Shown piece by piece: positions 19,159 to 28,074 of a DNA stretch of 64,000 nt (positions are counted from its first letter, which is position 1; each line of letters opens with the position of its first letter). This stretch comes from Mollicutes bacterium. GTDB lineage: Bacteria > Bacillota_I > Bacilli_A > Izemoplasmatales > Izemoplasmataceae. The stretch is from assembly GCA_003552925.1 (NCBI GenBank), contig PUOX01000057.1, positions 34-64,033 on the forward strand, read 5' to 3'. Below the pieces are notes generated by a model, which worked only from the letters and a program-made list of their open reading frames with translations, was not told where the DNA came from and did not search any database. The position numbers and the translations under genes were made by a program.

Positions 19159-19180
19159 TTGGTTATAATGTCATTACCAA
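19159..19180. promoter_or_regulatory. imperfect inverted repeat overlapping a TATAAT box, candidate GntR operator/promoter of the sugar operon
   Basis: TTGGTTATaatgtcATTACCAA (7 of 8 arm positions pair) contains TATAAT and lies 36 nt upstream of the agaS-like start. Confidence 0.35.
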
Positions 19181-19215
19181 ATACACATTCAAACCAAACA
19201 GAGAGGGGATGAAAC

Positions 19216-20358
19216 ATGGTATCCTACGACGAACATACCACGTATCGTGAAATCCAACAGCAACCCAAACTTTGGCGCGAAACTTACGAGATACTGGTTC
19301 GAAACAAAGACGCAATCGATGCGTTTTTCGAAAAAACATTGAAAGAAAACACGCTTCGTGTAATTTTATCGGGCGCAGGCAGCTCGGCATACATCGGTGA
19401 ATCGGTCGCCCCCTACATCAACAGCGCCACGAATTTTGACGTCGAAGCGATTGCGACGACGGATATCGTGGCCGCGCCCGAAGCGTATTTGCGCAAAGAA
19501 AGACCGACATTGTTGGTCTCTTATGCCCGTTCGGGCAACAGTCCCGAAAGCGAAGGGACGTTTGAACTTGTCAATGAGATTGTTGACGATGCATACCATA
19601 TCGTATTGACTTGCAACCGCGAGGGGCGCCTTGCCAAAAAAGGCGAAGAGAACCCCAACGCTTTGGTGCTTTATATGCCGGAAGATTCCAACGACAAAGG
19701 GTTGGCGATGACCGGAAGCTTTTCCACCATGGTGCTCGCTTCGCTTTTGTTGTTTGATTTGGATGCTTTGAACAAGCAACGGGAGAATGTCGGCCGCATT
19801 GCCGAATATGGCGAAGAGCTGATGGTTTCTGAAACGCTCGAACAAGTGGCGGAAATGGATTTTCAAAAAGCCGTCTATCTTGGGTCCTCGCATTTCAAGG
19901 GATTGGCGAAAGAGGCCGAACTCAAAATGTTGGAACTTACTGCGGGACGGATAGCGACCCGTTCGGACACTCCGCTCGGTTTCCGGCACGGGCCGAAATC
20001 GTTCATCGACGACAACACTGCGGTGGTGTTGTTCCTCTCGGGCAATGCCTACACCCGCAATTACGAAAAGGATTTGCTTGCAGAACTTGAACAAGACGGG
20101 ATGACGACGGATGTTGTAATCGGTCGTGAAACCAATCGAAAAAGCGTGGCCGCCGATGAGTTTGTAGGGTTGGACGGAAATGCCGAAAACATACCGGACG
20201 CTTTCATGATGCTTCCGTATTTAATGGCAGCACAAAGGCTTGCTTTCCTTAAATCGTACAAACAAGGCATCGACCCGGACAACCCCAGTCCGGACGGCGT
20301 AATCAACCGCGTAGTAAAAGGTGTTACGCTATACCCTTACACGAAAGAAGGTTCCTAA
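19216..20358 (+). CDS. agaS: AgaS-type SIS-domain sugar isomerase/deaminase (galactosamine-6-P / tagatose-6-P ketose-aldose isomerase family)
   Basis: Two SIS domains; LSGAGSSAYIGE and SRSGNSPES motifs typical of AgaS/GlmS-like isomerases. Confidence 0.8.
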   Translation: MVSYDEHTTYREIQQQPKLWRETYEILVRNKDAIDAFFEKTLKENTLRVILSGAGSSAYIGESVAPYINSATNFDVEAIATTDIVAAPEAYLRKERPTLLVSYARSGNSPESEGTFELVNEIVDDAYHIVLTCNREGRLAKKGEENPNALVLYMPEDSNDKGLAMTGSFSTMVLASLLLFDLDALNKQRENVGRIAEYGEELMVSETLEQVAEMDFQKAVYLGSSHFKGLAKEAELKMLELTAGRIATRSDTPLGFRHGPKSFIDDNTAVVLFLSGNAYTRNYEKDLLAELEQDGMTTDVVIGRETNRKSVAADEFVGLDGNAENIPDAFMMLPYLMAAQRLAFLKSYKQGIDPDNPSPDGVINRVVKGVTLYPYTKEGS

Positions 20359-20359
20359 C

Positions 20360-20809
20360 ATGACGACAATCGTCGATAAGCACATGATCCGCACCCATCT
20401 GCAACCGAAAGATTGGAAAGAAGCCGCCAAACTTTCCGGGGAACTTTTACTGGAAAACGACTACATTGAAAAACAATACATTGACAAAATGATTGAAACG
20501 GTTGAAGAATATGGGATGTACATTTTGGTGGCCCCCGGCGTAGCGTTTTTCCATGCCCGACCCGAACATGGTGCGAAGAAGACGGGATTGAGTCTTGTCA
20601 CCTCAAAAGAGGGTGTTGAGTTCGGCGTTGAGGACAAAGACCCCGTGAAGCTCATGTTCGCGATGTCGGCTACGGACAAGAATTCGCATCTGGAGTTGCT
20701 CTCGGGCTTGAGCAAAGTCCTTCAAGACGCAAAAACCATCGACAAGCTCGCGCAAGCAACGACCTCTGAAACGGTCGTTGAAATCCTCAAATCCAAAGGT
20801 CAGGAGTGA
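20360..20809 (+). CDS. PTS EIIA component (EIIA-2 fold, ascorbate/mannitol/fructose type)
   Basis: About 150 aa with the active-site His context GVAFFHAR. Its start abuts the stop of the previous gene. Confidence 0.8.
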   Translation: MTTIVDKHMIRTHLQPKDWKEAAKLSGELLLENDYIEKQYIDKMIETVEEYGMYILVAPGVAFFHARPEHGAKKTGLSLVTSKEGVEFGVEDKDPVKLMFAMSATDKNSHLELLSGLSKVLQDAKTIDKLAQATTSETVVEILKSKGQE

Positions 20810-20813
20810 GAAC

Positions 20814-21548
20814 GTGCTGTACAAAAAGTACATGGGAAAAGTGAAAGAGATTTTTGAAGACGTGGAAAAGACTCAAGCGAAGAATATTGAAAAAGCCGCC
20901 GAAATTGTTGCGGAATCGATTCAAAACGATGGTGTGCTGCACGTATTTGGCTGCGGGCACTCGCAAATGTACGCCATGGAAGTGTTCTACCGCGCCGGAG
21001 GGTTGGTGCCGGTGAACGCGATCCTGACACCGGCGATGTCGCTTGCGCCCAAAGCGCCACTTAGCACACACGGAGAACGCCAAGAAGGCATGGCGAAAGC
21101 CATATTGGACAATGAGACCGTGCAAGAACAAGACGTGATGCTCGTCGCGTCGACTTCCGCACGAAACCCAGCTCCGATTGAAATGGCGATGGAGGCGAAG
21201 AAAAGAGGCATGAAAGTCATCACACTTCTGTCGGAGGATTTTGCCCGCTCCGTTGAGAGCCGTCATCCTTCTGGAAAGAAGACCTACGATTTTGCCGATG
21301 TCGTGTTGGACAACCGCGGCGTATCCGGCGATGCCGTGATGGAAATCGAAGAACTCAAAACAAAATTCGGCCCTACTTCCTCCATCATTGGATTCACCAT
21401 TATCCAATCCGTTGTAGTAGAAACCATCGATCGGCTGGCGAAAGCCGGGTATGAACCACCGATTTGGGTCAGCTCGAATCTTGACGAAGGCGACGACATC
21501 AACAAAAAACACATACAAAAATATCGCAAGCGCATCAGTTGTCTTTAA
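20814..21548 (+). CDS. SIS domain-containing protein (UPF0309-like sugar-phosphate isomerase/binding)
   Basis: GVLHVFGCGHSQMYAMEV... matches the pattern of single-SIS UPF0309 proteins. GTG start with an AGGAG RBS at 7-nt spacing. Confidence 0.7.
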   Translation: MLYKKYMGKVKEIFEDVEKTQAKNIEKAAEIVAESIQNDGVLHVFGCGHSQMYAMEVFYRAGGLVPVNAILTPAMSLAPKAPLSTHGERQEGMAKAILDNETVQEQDVMLVASTSARNPAPIEMAMEAKKRGMKVITLLSEDFARSVESRHPSGKKTYDFADVVLDNRGVSGDAVMEIEELKTKFGPTSSIIGFTIIQSVVVETIDRLAKAGYEPPIWVSSNLDEGDDINKKHIQKYRKRISCL

Positions 21549-21583
21549 GAGGACTACATGTCGTGAAGAAAGGGGGAACGTGA

Positions 21584-21862
21584 ATGAAAATTGTCGCAGT
21601 GTGCGGTCTTGGCATGGGATCGAGCATGATGCTCAAAATGTCGATTGAAGACGCCTTGGACGAGGCGAACATCAAAGCGGACCTTGAAAGCACCGATCTC
21701 GGTTCGGCTAAGAGCATGAACGCCGACATTTATGTACTGTCGGCCGACCTTTCGAAAAATACGGAGGATTTTAGTGGTCAAGTCATTGTTATCAACAACC
21801 TCTCCGATTCGGAAGAAGTCAAAGAAAAGTTGCTCAAGGCACTAGAAGAGATGGAATCATAG
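21584..21862 (+). CDS. PTS EIIB component (SgaB/UlaB-type)
   Basis: MKIVAVCGLGMGSS phospho-cysteine motif; 92 aa. Confidence 0.8.
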   Translation: MKIVAVCGLGMGSSMMLKMSIEDALDEANIKADLESTDLGSAKSMNADIYVLSADLSKNTEDFSGQVIVINNLSDSEEVKEKLLKALEEMES

Positions 21863-21893
21863 AAACAAAAAATAAATAGGAGGCGTTTCACGT

Positions 21894-23273
21894 ATGTATG
21901 ATTTTCTAGTTGAATTTTTCACCACGCCCGCGATTCTTTTAGGTGTGGTCGCGCTTGTCGGACTCATCATTCAACGCAAAACGGCGGACAAGATTGTCTC
22001 CGGTACGTTCAAGACCGTGCTTGGCTTCTTGATTCTCTCCGCCGGTGTCGACCTCATCGTGCAAAATCTTGAGCCCTTTGCAGAAATCTTCTTAGAAGGC
22101 TTTGGCATCGAGGGTGTTGTTCCCTTTGACGAAGCCGTTGTCGGTGCACTTTCCGACAGCATCGCGCAAATTGCCCGCACGACCGCGCTCATCCTTGGTT
22201 TCGGTTTCTTGGTGAATGTCTTAATCGCGCGCATTACGCCGTTTAAGTACATCTTCCTCACCGGTCACATGATGTGGATTCTTGCGGGTGGTCTTTCATG
22301 GGCATTTTATGACCTTGGCGTCAGCGAAACCAACACTGTAATCTTTGGTTCGTTGCTTCAAGGTGCGATTTTGACGCTCTTGCCGGCGATGGCTCAACCG
22401 TTCATGCGCAAGATTACCGGCGAAGACAAAATCGCTTACGGTCACTTGACCACCATTGGCGTCGTAGCCGCGGCGTACGTTGGTAAGGTCTTTGGCAACC
22501 CTGAACAAGACAGCGAAGAAGTCAATGTACCCGAAAAACTCAGCTTCTTGAAAGACACCGCCATTTCCGTATCGATTGTTATGGTCTTGGTATATTTGAT
22601 CACCGTTATCGCCGCCGGTCCGGATTTTGTTGCGGATTTCGCAGGCGAAACGAACTTCCTACTCTTTGCGATTCTTAGAGGTCTTGGTTTCGCAGCCGGT
22701 GTACTCGTCTTGCTCTATGGTGTTCGCATGTTCCTTGGCGAAATCATTCCGGCTTTCCGCGGCATCGCGCACAAAATCGTTCCTGGTGCCCGTCCGGCGC
22801 TTGACGTACCGGTACTCTTCAATTATGCGCCCAAGGCTCTTATGATCGGTTTCATCTTCGCGTTCTTCGGAACCCTTGTGGGTCTGGCAATTTCAATCCC
22901 AATCGGCACTGTCATTCCCGTACCTTCCATTATCGGCGCATTCTTCACCGGCGGCGCCGCAGGAATCTTCGGAAACGCAGTTGGCGGACGCCGAGGCGCT
23001 GCAGTTGCAGGTTTTGTCTACGGCATTTTGCTGGCCGTCCCCGTTGCGCTCTTCTATCCGCTCTATGAACTGGTTGATTACGGCGTTGAAGGACTCGCTT
23101 ATCTCGTCACCGATGGCATTGCCGCACTCTCCTTGATTAGACTCTTCTACGCCATCCGCGTGCCGCTTCTTGGCCTCCTTCTCTTCATCGCTGGTATTAT
23201 CGCGCTTAGTATCCGCTTCCGCGGAGCGAAAAAAGGCGACTTGCTTAAAGAAGCGAAACAACAAGAAGAATAA
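21894..23273 (+). CDS. PTS EIIC permease, ascorbate (UlaA/SgaT) family
   Basis: 459-aa polytopic protein whose N-terminus ...TPAILLGVVALVGLIIQRK is typical of SgaT/UlaA. Confidence 0.85.
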   Translation: MYDFLVEFFTTPAILLGVVALVGLIIQRKTADKIVSGTFKTVLGFLILSAGVDLIVQNLEPFAEIFLEGFGIEGVVPFDEAVVGALSDSIAQIARTTALILGFGFLVNVLIARITPFKYIFLTGHMMWILAGGLSWAFYDLGVSETNTVIFGSLLQGAILTLLPAMAQPFMRKITGEDKIAYGHLTTIGVVAAAYVGKVFGNPEQDSEEVNVPEKLSFLKDTAISVSIVMVLVYLITVIAAGPDFVADFAGETNFLLFAILRGLGFAAGVLVLLYGVRMFLGEIIPAFRGIAHKIVPGARPALDVPVLFNYAPKALMIGFIFAFFGTLVGLAISIPIGTVIPVPSIIGAFFTGGAAGIFGNAVGGRRGAAVAGFVYGILLAVPVALFYPLYELVDYGVEGLAYLVTDGIAALSLIRLFYAIRVPLLGLLLFIAGIIALSIRFRGAKKGDLLKEAKQQEE

Positions 23274-23284
23274 CCCGCCTGTTT

Positions 23285-23316
23285 GTAGCCCGCCAGCAAG
23301 GCGGGCTACTTTTTTT
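23285..23316 (+). terminator. rho-independent terminator inside the sugar cluster
   Basis: GTAGCCCGCC-agcaa-GGCGGGCTAC hairpin followed by TTTTTTT. Confidence 0.8.
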
Positions 23317-23341
23317 GGACTATGACTTAAGGAGTGAAAAC

Positions 23342-24196
23342 ATGCTGAAAACGACAAAGGAACTGTTGAGCGAAGCGCAAAACAAGGGATATGCCGTTCC
23401 GCAGTTTAACGTATACAATCTTGAAACCCTTCGTAGCGTGGTTGAAGCCGCAGAAGAAATGAACAGTCCAGTCATTCTCGCGGTGACACCTGGTACGAGG
23501 CGCTTTTCAGGAGATGCGTACATGCACGCCCTTGCGCATACCGCCGCAAAAGTGTCGTCTGTGCCCATTGCCTACCATCTCGACCATCATACCTCCATAG
23601 TAGATGTGGTGCCATCTTTAAAGCTCGGTGCGAAATCCATCATGATCGACGCTTCGATGGAAACGTTTGAAAACAATGTACGTATTGTCAAAGAAGCGGT
23701 GGAAACCGCGCATGGCTATGGGGCTTCCGTGGAAGGCGAACTCGGGAAGTTGATTGGCACTGAAGAGGACATCACAGTAGAAGAAGGCGAAGACGCCTTG
23801 ACTGACCCTGAAATGGCGAAAGAATTTGTCGAACGAACGGGAGTGGATACGTTGGCGGTTGCGATCGGCACGGCACACGGCCTTTACAAAAGCAAACCGA
23901 ACCTGGATTTTGACCGGCTGAAAAAGATTCGTGAAGCGGTCGATGTTCCGCTCGTGCTGCATGGAGCTTCCGGTGTTTCCGAAGAAGATGTGCGCAAGTG
24001 TATAGCGTACGGCGTTTCGAAAGTGAACATCGCCACTGAGCTAAAAATTCCCTTTGCCGAGGCTTTGAGAGATTATTTCAAAGCGCATCCGAACGAACAA
24101 GATCCGCGGAAATACTTCACGCCCGCAAAAGAAGCATTGAAAGAAGTCGTTTTGCAAAAAATTCGTATGTGCAAAAGCGAGGGGAAAGCCCTATGA
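23342..24196 (+). CDS. class II tagatose-/fructose-1,6-bisphosphate aldolase (KbaY/GatY family)
   Basis: YAVPQFN near the N-terminus, HLDHH zinc-ligand motif, GTAHG. AGGAG RBS. Confidence 0.85.
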   Translation: MLKTTKELLSEAQNKGYAVPQFNVYNLETLRSVVEAAEEMNSPVILAVTPGTRRFSGDAYMHALAHTAAKVSSVPIAYHLDHHTSIVDVVPSLKLGAKSIMIDASMETFENNVRIVKEAVETAHGYGASVEGELGKLIGTEEDITVEEGEDALTDPEMAKEFVERTGVDTLAVAIGTAHGLYKSKPNLDFDRLKKIREAVDVPLVLHGASGVSEEDVRKCIAYGVSKVNIATELKIPFAEALRDYFKAHPNEQDPRKYFTPAKEALKEVVLQKIRMCKSEGKAL

Positions 24197-25119
24197 TTAT
24201 CACAGTTACCCCGAACCCTGCGCTTGATCGGATGTATTTTGTGGATGCGTTCGATTTTAAACAGGGCCATCGCGTTGACAACTTCAACGTGACCGCCGGC
24301 GGAAAGGGACTCAACGTCACGAAAGTCCTTGACGTACTTTCGTGCGATGTACTTGCGACAGGTTTTCTTGGAGGCATGGAGGGGAAGGCCATAAAAAGCA
24401 AGCTTTCTTCGACCAACGCTGAACTGGCGTTCGTTGACATTGAGCAGCCTAGTAGGACAACCATCAGCATTGCCGATCAAAACGGAAAAACGTTGGAACT
24501 GGTTGAAAATGGTCCGACGATCCATAAGCATGAACAAGCGCTTTTTGAACAAGGGTTTTTAGACAACCTAGCGAAAGGGGAAGTCGCCGTCTTTTCCGGA
24601 AGTTTGGCGCGCGGATTGCCTGAAGGCTTTTATCGCAAACATGTCGATATGGCAAAGCGGGCCGGTCTTTTCACCATTGTAGACGCTAGCGGCGAGACGC
24701 TGCGCGAGAGCTTGAAAGCCGGGCCCGATTTAATCAAGCCCAACCTTGAAGAACTCGAATCCTTGTTGGGGAAACGGCTGGATTCGACTCGGGCTATTGT
24801 CGACGCCTCACGCGAACTCATGGCCATGGGGGCCGGGAGTGTCGCGGTGTCTTTAGGCGCTTCCGGCATGGTGTATGTCGATGGCGAGGCGGCTTACCGT
24901 GTTGAGGTCCCCGCCGTTGATGTTGTCAGTCCCGTCGGTTCCGGCGACAGTGTAGTGGCCGGGTTTGCGTATACGCGCATACATCAGAGGTTGACGGAAG
25001 AGACTTTGGCTTTCGCCAACGCTTGCGGCGTCTCGAACGCCATGAATAACGAGATAGGTTCAATCAAGCTTGAGGACGTATTTGAACTCCAATCCCGCAT
25101 CAAGGTTACGAAGCTGTAA
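24193..25119 (+). CDS. PfkB-family hexose-phosphate kinase (tagatose-6-phosphate kinase / 1-phosphofructokinase type)
   Basis: MIITVTPNPALD...AGGKGLNV N-terminus and GSGDS near the C-terminus. ATGA overlap with the aldolase gene. Confidence 0.85.
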   Translation: MIITVTPNPALDRMYFVDAFDFKQGHRVDNFNVTAGGKGLNVTKVLDVLSCDVLATGFLGGMEGKAIKSKLSSTNAELAFVDIEQPSRTTISIADQNGKTLELVENGPTIHKHEQALFEQGFLDNLAKGEVAVFSGSLARGLPEGFYRKHVDMAKRAGLFTIVDASGETLRESLKAGPDLIKPNLEELESLLGKRLDSTRAIVDASRELMAMGAGSVAVSLGASGMVYVDGEAAYRVEVPAVDVVSPVGSGDSVVAGFAYTRIHQRLTEETLAFANACGVSNAMNNEIGSIKLEDVFELQSRIKVTKL

Positions 25120-25183
25120 GCGAACCCTTTTTCAAATGGGGTTTTGTAGGGTATAATGTAGGTAGAATAAGAGGTGGTTGAAC

Positions 25184-26320
25184 ATGCTTTTGACAAACTT
25201 GAAAGCGGTGCTTCCCGATAGTATCATGGAAAACGCCGCCATAGAAATTGAAAACGGAAAAATCGTGGGCGTCCGGCCTTGGAACGGTGAAGAAGGTGCG
25301 GATTTAAACGGTGCGTATGTGCTTCCGGGATTCATCGACACGCACATTCATGGCACTGACGACGACGACGCCATGGACCAAGACCCGGCGGCGCTGGAGA
25401 GAATCTCAAAAAACGTTTTGCAAGAAGGCACCACCGCTTTTTTGGCCACGACCATGACCATGGCTCAAGAAGACATTGAAAAAGCCCTTCGCGCCATCTC
25501 TTCCGCAAAATCTCCGGGCGCTAGACGCTTAGGCGTTCATTTAGAAGGCCCCTTCATCAGCGAAACTTTCAAAGGCGCGCAAAACGCCAAATTCATCGTC
25601 AAAGGTTCGCCGGAACTATTTGAAGCTTTCAACGAAGCCGCCAACGGCGAGATTCGTCTTGTATCTTTGGCCCCCGAAGAACAAGACTCTGCGTTTCTCG
25701 ATTATTTGGTGGAAAAGGGCATTGTCGTTTCCATGGGGCATTCGGACGCCACCGCCGACGATGTTCGTAAAGCCATCGATCACGGCGTAAAACGGGTCAC
25801 GCACTGTTACAACGGCATGTCAAAACTTCACCATCGCGATTTGGGGCTCACCGGCATGGCACTTTACCGCGACGACATCATGGCCGAAATCATCGCCGAC
25901 AAGATTCATACATCCCAAGAAGCGTTGGATTTTTTCGCCAAAAACAAGCCCGTTGACCAAATCACCTTGGTTACGGATTCCATTCGTGCGAAGAATTTGC
26001 CCGATGGCGAATACAACCTTGGCGGACAAGAAATCTTTGTCAAAAATGGGGTTTCCAAGTTAAAGTCCGGCTCCATTGCCGGCAGCACCCTTCGGTTGAA
26101 CGATGGCTTCAAAAACATGCTGGAATCGACACGGTTAGGCATCGTCGAACTGGCTAGGGCAGCGAGTACGAACCCTGCAAGAACTTTGGGCATAGACGAT
26201 GCGTTTGGAACCATCGAAGCGGGCAAAACCGCCGACCTCACCATCTTGGATGAAGATTTGAACGTTCTCAAGACGATGGTTGAAGGCGAGTTCCGCTATG
26301 AAAGCGAACAGCGTCCTTGA
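25184..26320 (+). CDS. nagA: N-acetylhexosamine-6-phosphate deacetylase (NagA/AgaA family)
   Basis: PGFIDTHIHG metal motif, HLEGPF and GHSDA motifs of the NagA amidohydrolases. Confidence 0.85.
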   Translation: MLLTNLKAVLPDSIMENAAIEIENGKIVGVRPWNGEEGADLNGAYVLPGFIDTHIHGTDDDDAMDQDPAALERISKNVLQEGTTAFLATTMTMAQEDIEKALRAISSAKSPGARRLGVHLEGPFISETFKGAQNAKFIVKGSPELFEAFNEAANGEIRLVSLAPEEQDSAFLDYLVEKGIVVSMGHSDATADDVRKAIDHGVKRVTHCYNGMSKLHHRDLGLTGMALYRDDIMAEIIADKIHTSQEALDFFAKNKPVDQITLVTDSIRAKNLPDGEYNLGGQEIFVKNGVSKLKSGSIAGSTLRLNDGFKNMLESTRLGIVELARAASTNPARTLGIDDAFGTIEAGKTADLTILDEDLNVLKTMVEGEFRYESEQRP

Positions 26321-26348
26321 AACCGTTGAAAATCATCATCAACCAATT

Positions 26349-26378
26349 GCCCCATTGTTCATGACCATGGGGCTTTTT
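26349..26378 (+). terminator. rho-independent terminator
   Basis: GCCCCAT...ATGGGGC hairpin followed by TTTTT. Confidence 0.75.
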
Positions 26379-26478
26379 GTTTCTTTATTATTAAGGAGCC
26401 TAAGGAATCCTCAATTAAAATCAAAAATTTCCAATAATTAAACGATGTGCATTGTTTTCAATAATAGGGGGTCATAAG

Positions 26479-26946
26479 ATGAAAGCTTTACGAAAAAACG
26501 GCAACAAACTCCTTTTTGCCTTTGGTTTTGCGGCGGCGTTGATGTTGCTCATGCCGGTATTGGCCTTTGACGAATTGGAGTTCGCCGGATATGAAATACT
26601 TATAGGAAAAGAGCTTGTCGACGTCGACCCTTTCGGGCTCGGCAGCGTCGCGAGTGCAGAACTGCCGTTTTCTTTTGACGCTTTGCTGGCGTTTGGTCTG
26701 CCTCTAGCCGGTGGATTGTTGGCTCTGTTGTCCAAACGCCTTTTGATGCTTTCGGCGGTGTTTTTCATCATCGGGATGGTTCTTTTGTACCGTTTGCCGG
26801 ATACCACACAAGTGGTCTACACCATCGCCGGCAACGAGTACACCACCGACATAGACTGGGAGATGAACGTCGGGTTGCTGGCGGCGTTGGCGTTAAACGG
26901 TTTGGCGTTGCTCACGAATTTGGCGCTCTTGGTGTTTAATAAGTAA
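26479..26946 (+). CDS. membrane protein, unknown function
   Basis: Signal/TM N-terminus and several hydrophobic segments. AGGGGG RBS before the ATG at 26479. Confidence 0.5.
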   Translation: MKALRKNGNKLLFAFGFAAALMLLMPVLAFDELEFAGYEILIGKELVDVDPFGLGSVASAELPFSFDALLAFGLPLAGGLLALLSKRLLMLSAVFFIIGMVLLYRLPDTTQVVYTIAGNEYTTDIDWEMNVGLLAALALNGLALLTNLALLVFNK

Positions 26947-26982
26947 CCAACAATACGACAATCTTCATGAAGGAGGAAAAGC

Positions 26983-27222
26983 ATGAACATTATTCTTTGG
27001 ATTATCTTTGGCGGTCTTGTCGGCTGGGTGGCGAGCATTCTTATGAAAACAAGACGCCGCGGCTTGGTGCGCAACATCGTCATCGGTTTGATTGGCGCAC
27101 TTCTTGGCGGTTTCATAGGGGCGTTTTTTGGCATCGGTTCTGTGGAAACTTTCACTTGGGAAGGCTTCTTCACCGCGCTTGGCGGTGCAATCTTGCTCAT
27201 TTGGCTGTTGAAGAGACTTTAG
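26983..27222 (+). CDS. GlsB/YeaQ/YmgE family (transglycosylase-associated) stress membrane protein
   Basis: 79 aa; WIIFGGLVGWVASILM...GLIGALLGGFIG pattern. Confidence 0.75.
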   Translation: MNIILWIIFGGLVGWVASILMKTRRRGLVRNIVIGLIGALLGGFIGAFFGIGSVETFTWEGFFTALGGAILLIWLLKRL

Positions 27223-27250
27223 TTGGTCCCTAGCGAAACCTCAATAATCA

Positions 27251-27291
27251 AAAAAAGCTCTTTCTTTATTCTTGTTGAGAAAGAGTTTTTT
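27251..27291 (+). terminator. rho-independent terminator
   Basis: AGCTCTTTC...GAAAGAGTTTTTT hairpin with T-run. Confidence 0.7.
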
Positions 27292-27408
27292 ATGCAAAAA
27301 TCGTTGTAAAGGGTTGTTTATTTCGGACTGTGGAAACGATAAGGCGCTTAACTTTTCCTTAACGTTCATTGTTGTATAATGGACATACATTCGTTTGGAG
27401 TGGTGTGT

Positions 27409-28074
27409 GTGAAATTGTTGATTGTCGAAGACGAGGACTCTCTTCGAAAAGCGCTTGTCAAAGGGTTTGAGAAGTCCGGCTATGCGGTGGATGAGGCTAA
27501 AGACGGTGACGAAGCTGTCGATTGTTTTTTCAGCGCGCATTATGATGTGGTTGTGCTCGATTTGAATCTTCCGGGAAAAGATGGAATCGACGTGTTGCGA
27601 GAAATACGCCAAGAGGACGAGTTCATCAATGTCTTGATTCTTTCGGCTCGCAGCGAAGTAGAAGACAAGATTGTAGGGCTGGATTCCGGCGCAAACGATT
27701 ATCTTGCGAAGCCCTTTAGTTTCAAGGAACTGCATGCAAGGGTCCGTGCACTTGCCAGACGAGACTACTCCGACAAAGGAAGCGTCATCGAAAGCGGCCC
27801 TGTCGTTTTGGACATGTCTCTGAAACGGGTGCTTTACGAAAACCAAACCGTGCCGTTGACGAAAAAAGAATACGGCATTTTGGAATACCTGATGGTCAAC
27901 CGTGGAAAAATCGTACGCGGCGAAGATTTGATCGAACATGTTTGGGACAGCGATGCCGACGCTTTTTCCAATGCTTTCAAAGTGCATTTGACGTCTTTGA
28001 GAAAGAAGCTTCCGAAGGGTTTTATCCGGACGGTGAGAGGTGAGGGATATTATGTGGAAAAACGTGACGCTTAA
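27409..28074 (+). CDS. OmpR-family response regulator
   Basis: Receiver domain (LLIVEDED, VVLDLNLPGKDG) and winged-helix output (RTVRGEGY). GTG start after a GGAG RBS. Confidence 0.85.
   Translation: MKLLIVEDEDSLRKALVKGFEKSGYAVDEAKDGDEAVDCFFSAHYDVVVLDLNLPGKDGIDVLREIRQEDEFINVLILSARSEVEDKIVGLDSGANDYLAKPFSFKELHARVRALARRDYSDKGSVIESGPVVLDMSLKRVLYENQTVPLTKKEYGILEYLMVNRGKIVRGEDLIEHVWDSDADAFSNAFKVHLTSLRKKLPKGFIRTVRGEGYYVEKRDA

Noticed and set aside
19366-21518. Minus-strand ORFs of 242 and 243 aa opposite agaS and the SIS gene
   Set aside because: The plus-strand frames have strong SIS motifs and operon-style spacing. The antisense products are R/H/F-rich low-complexity sequences.
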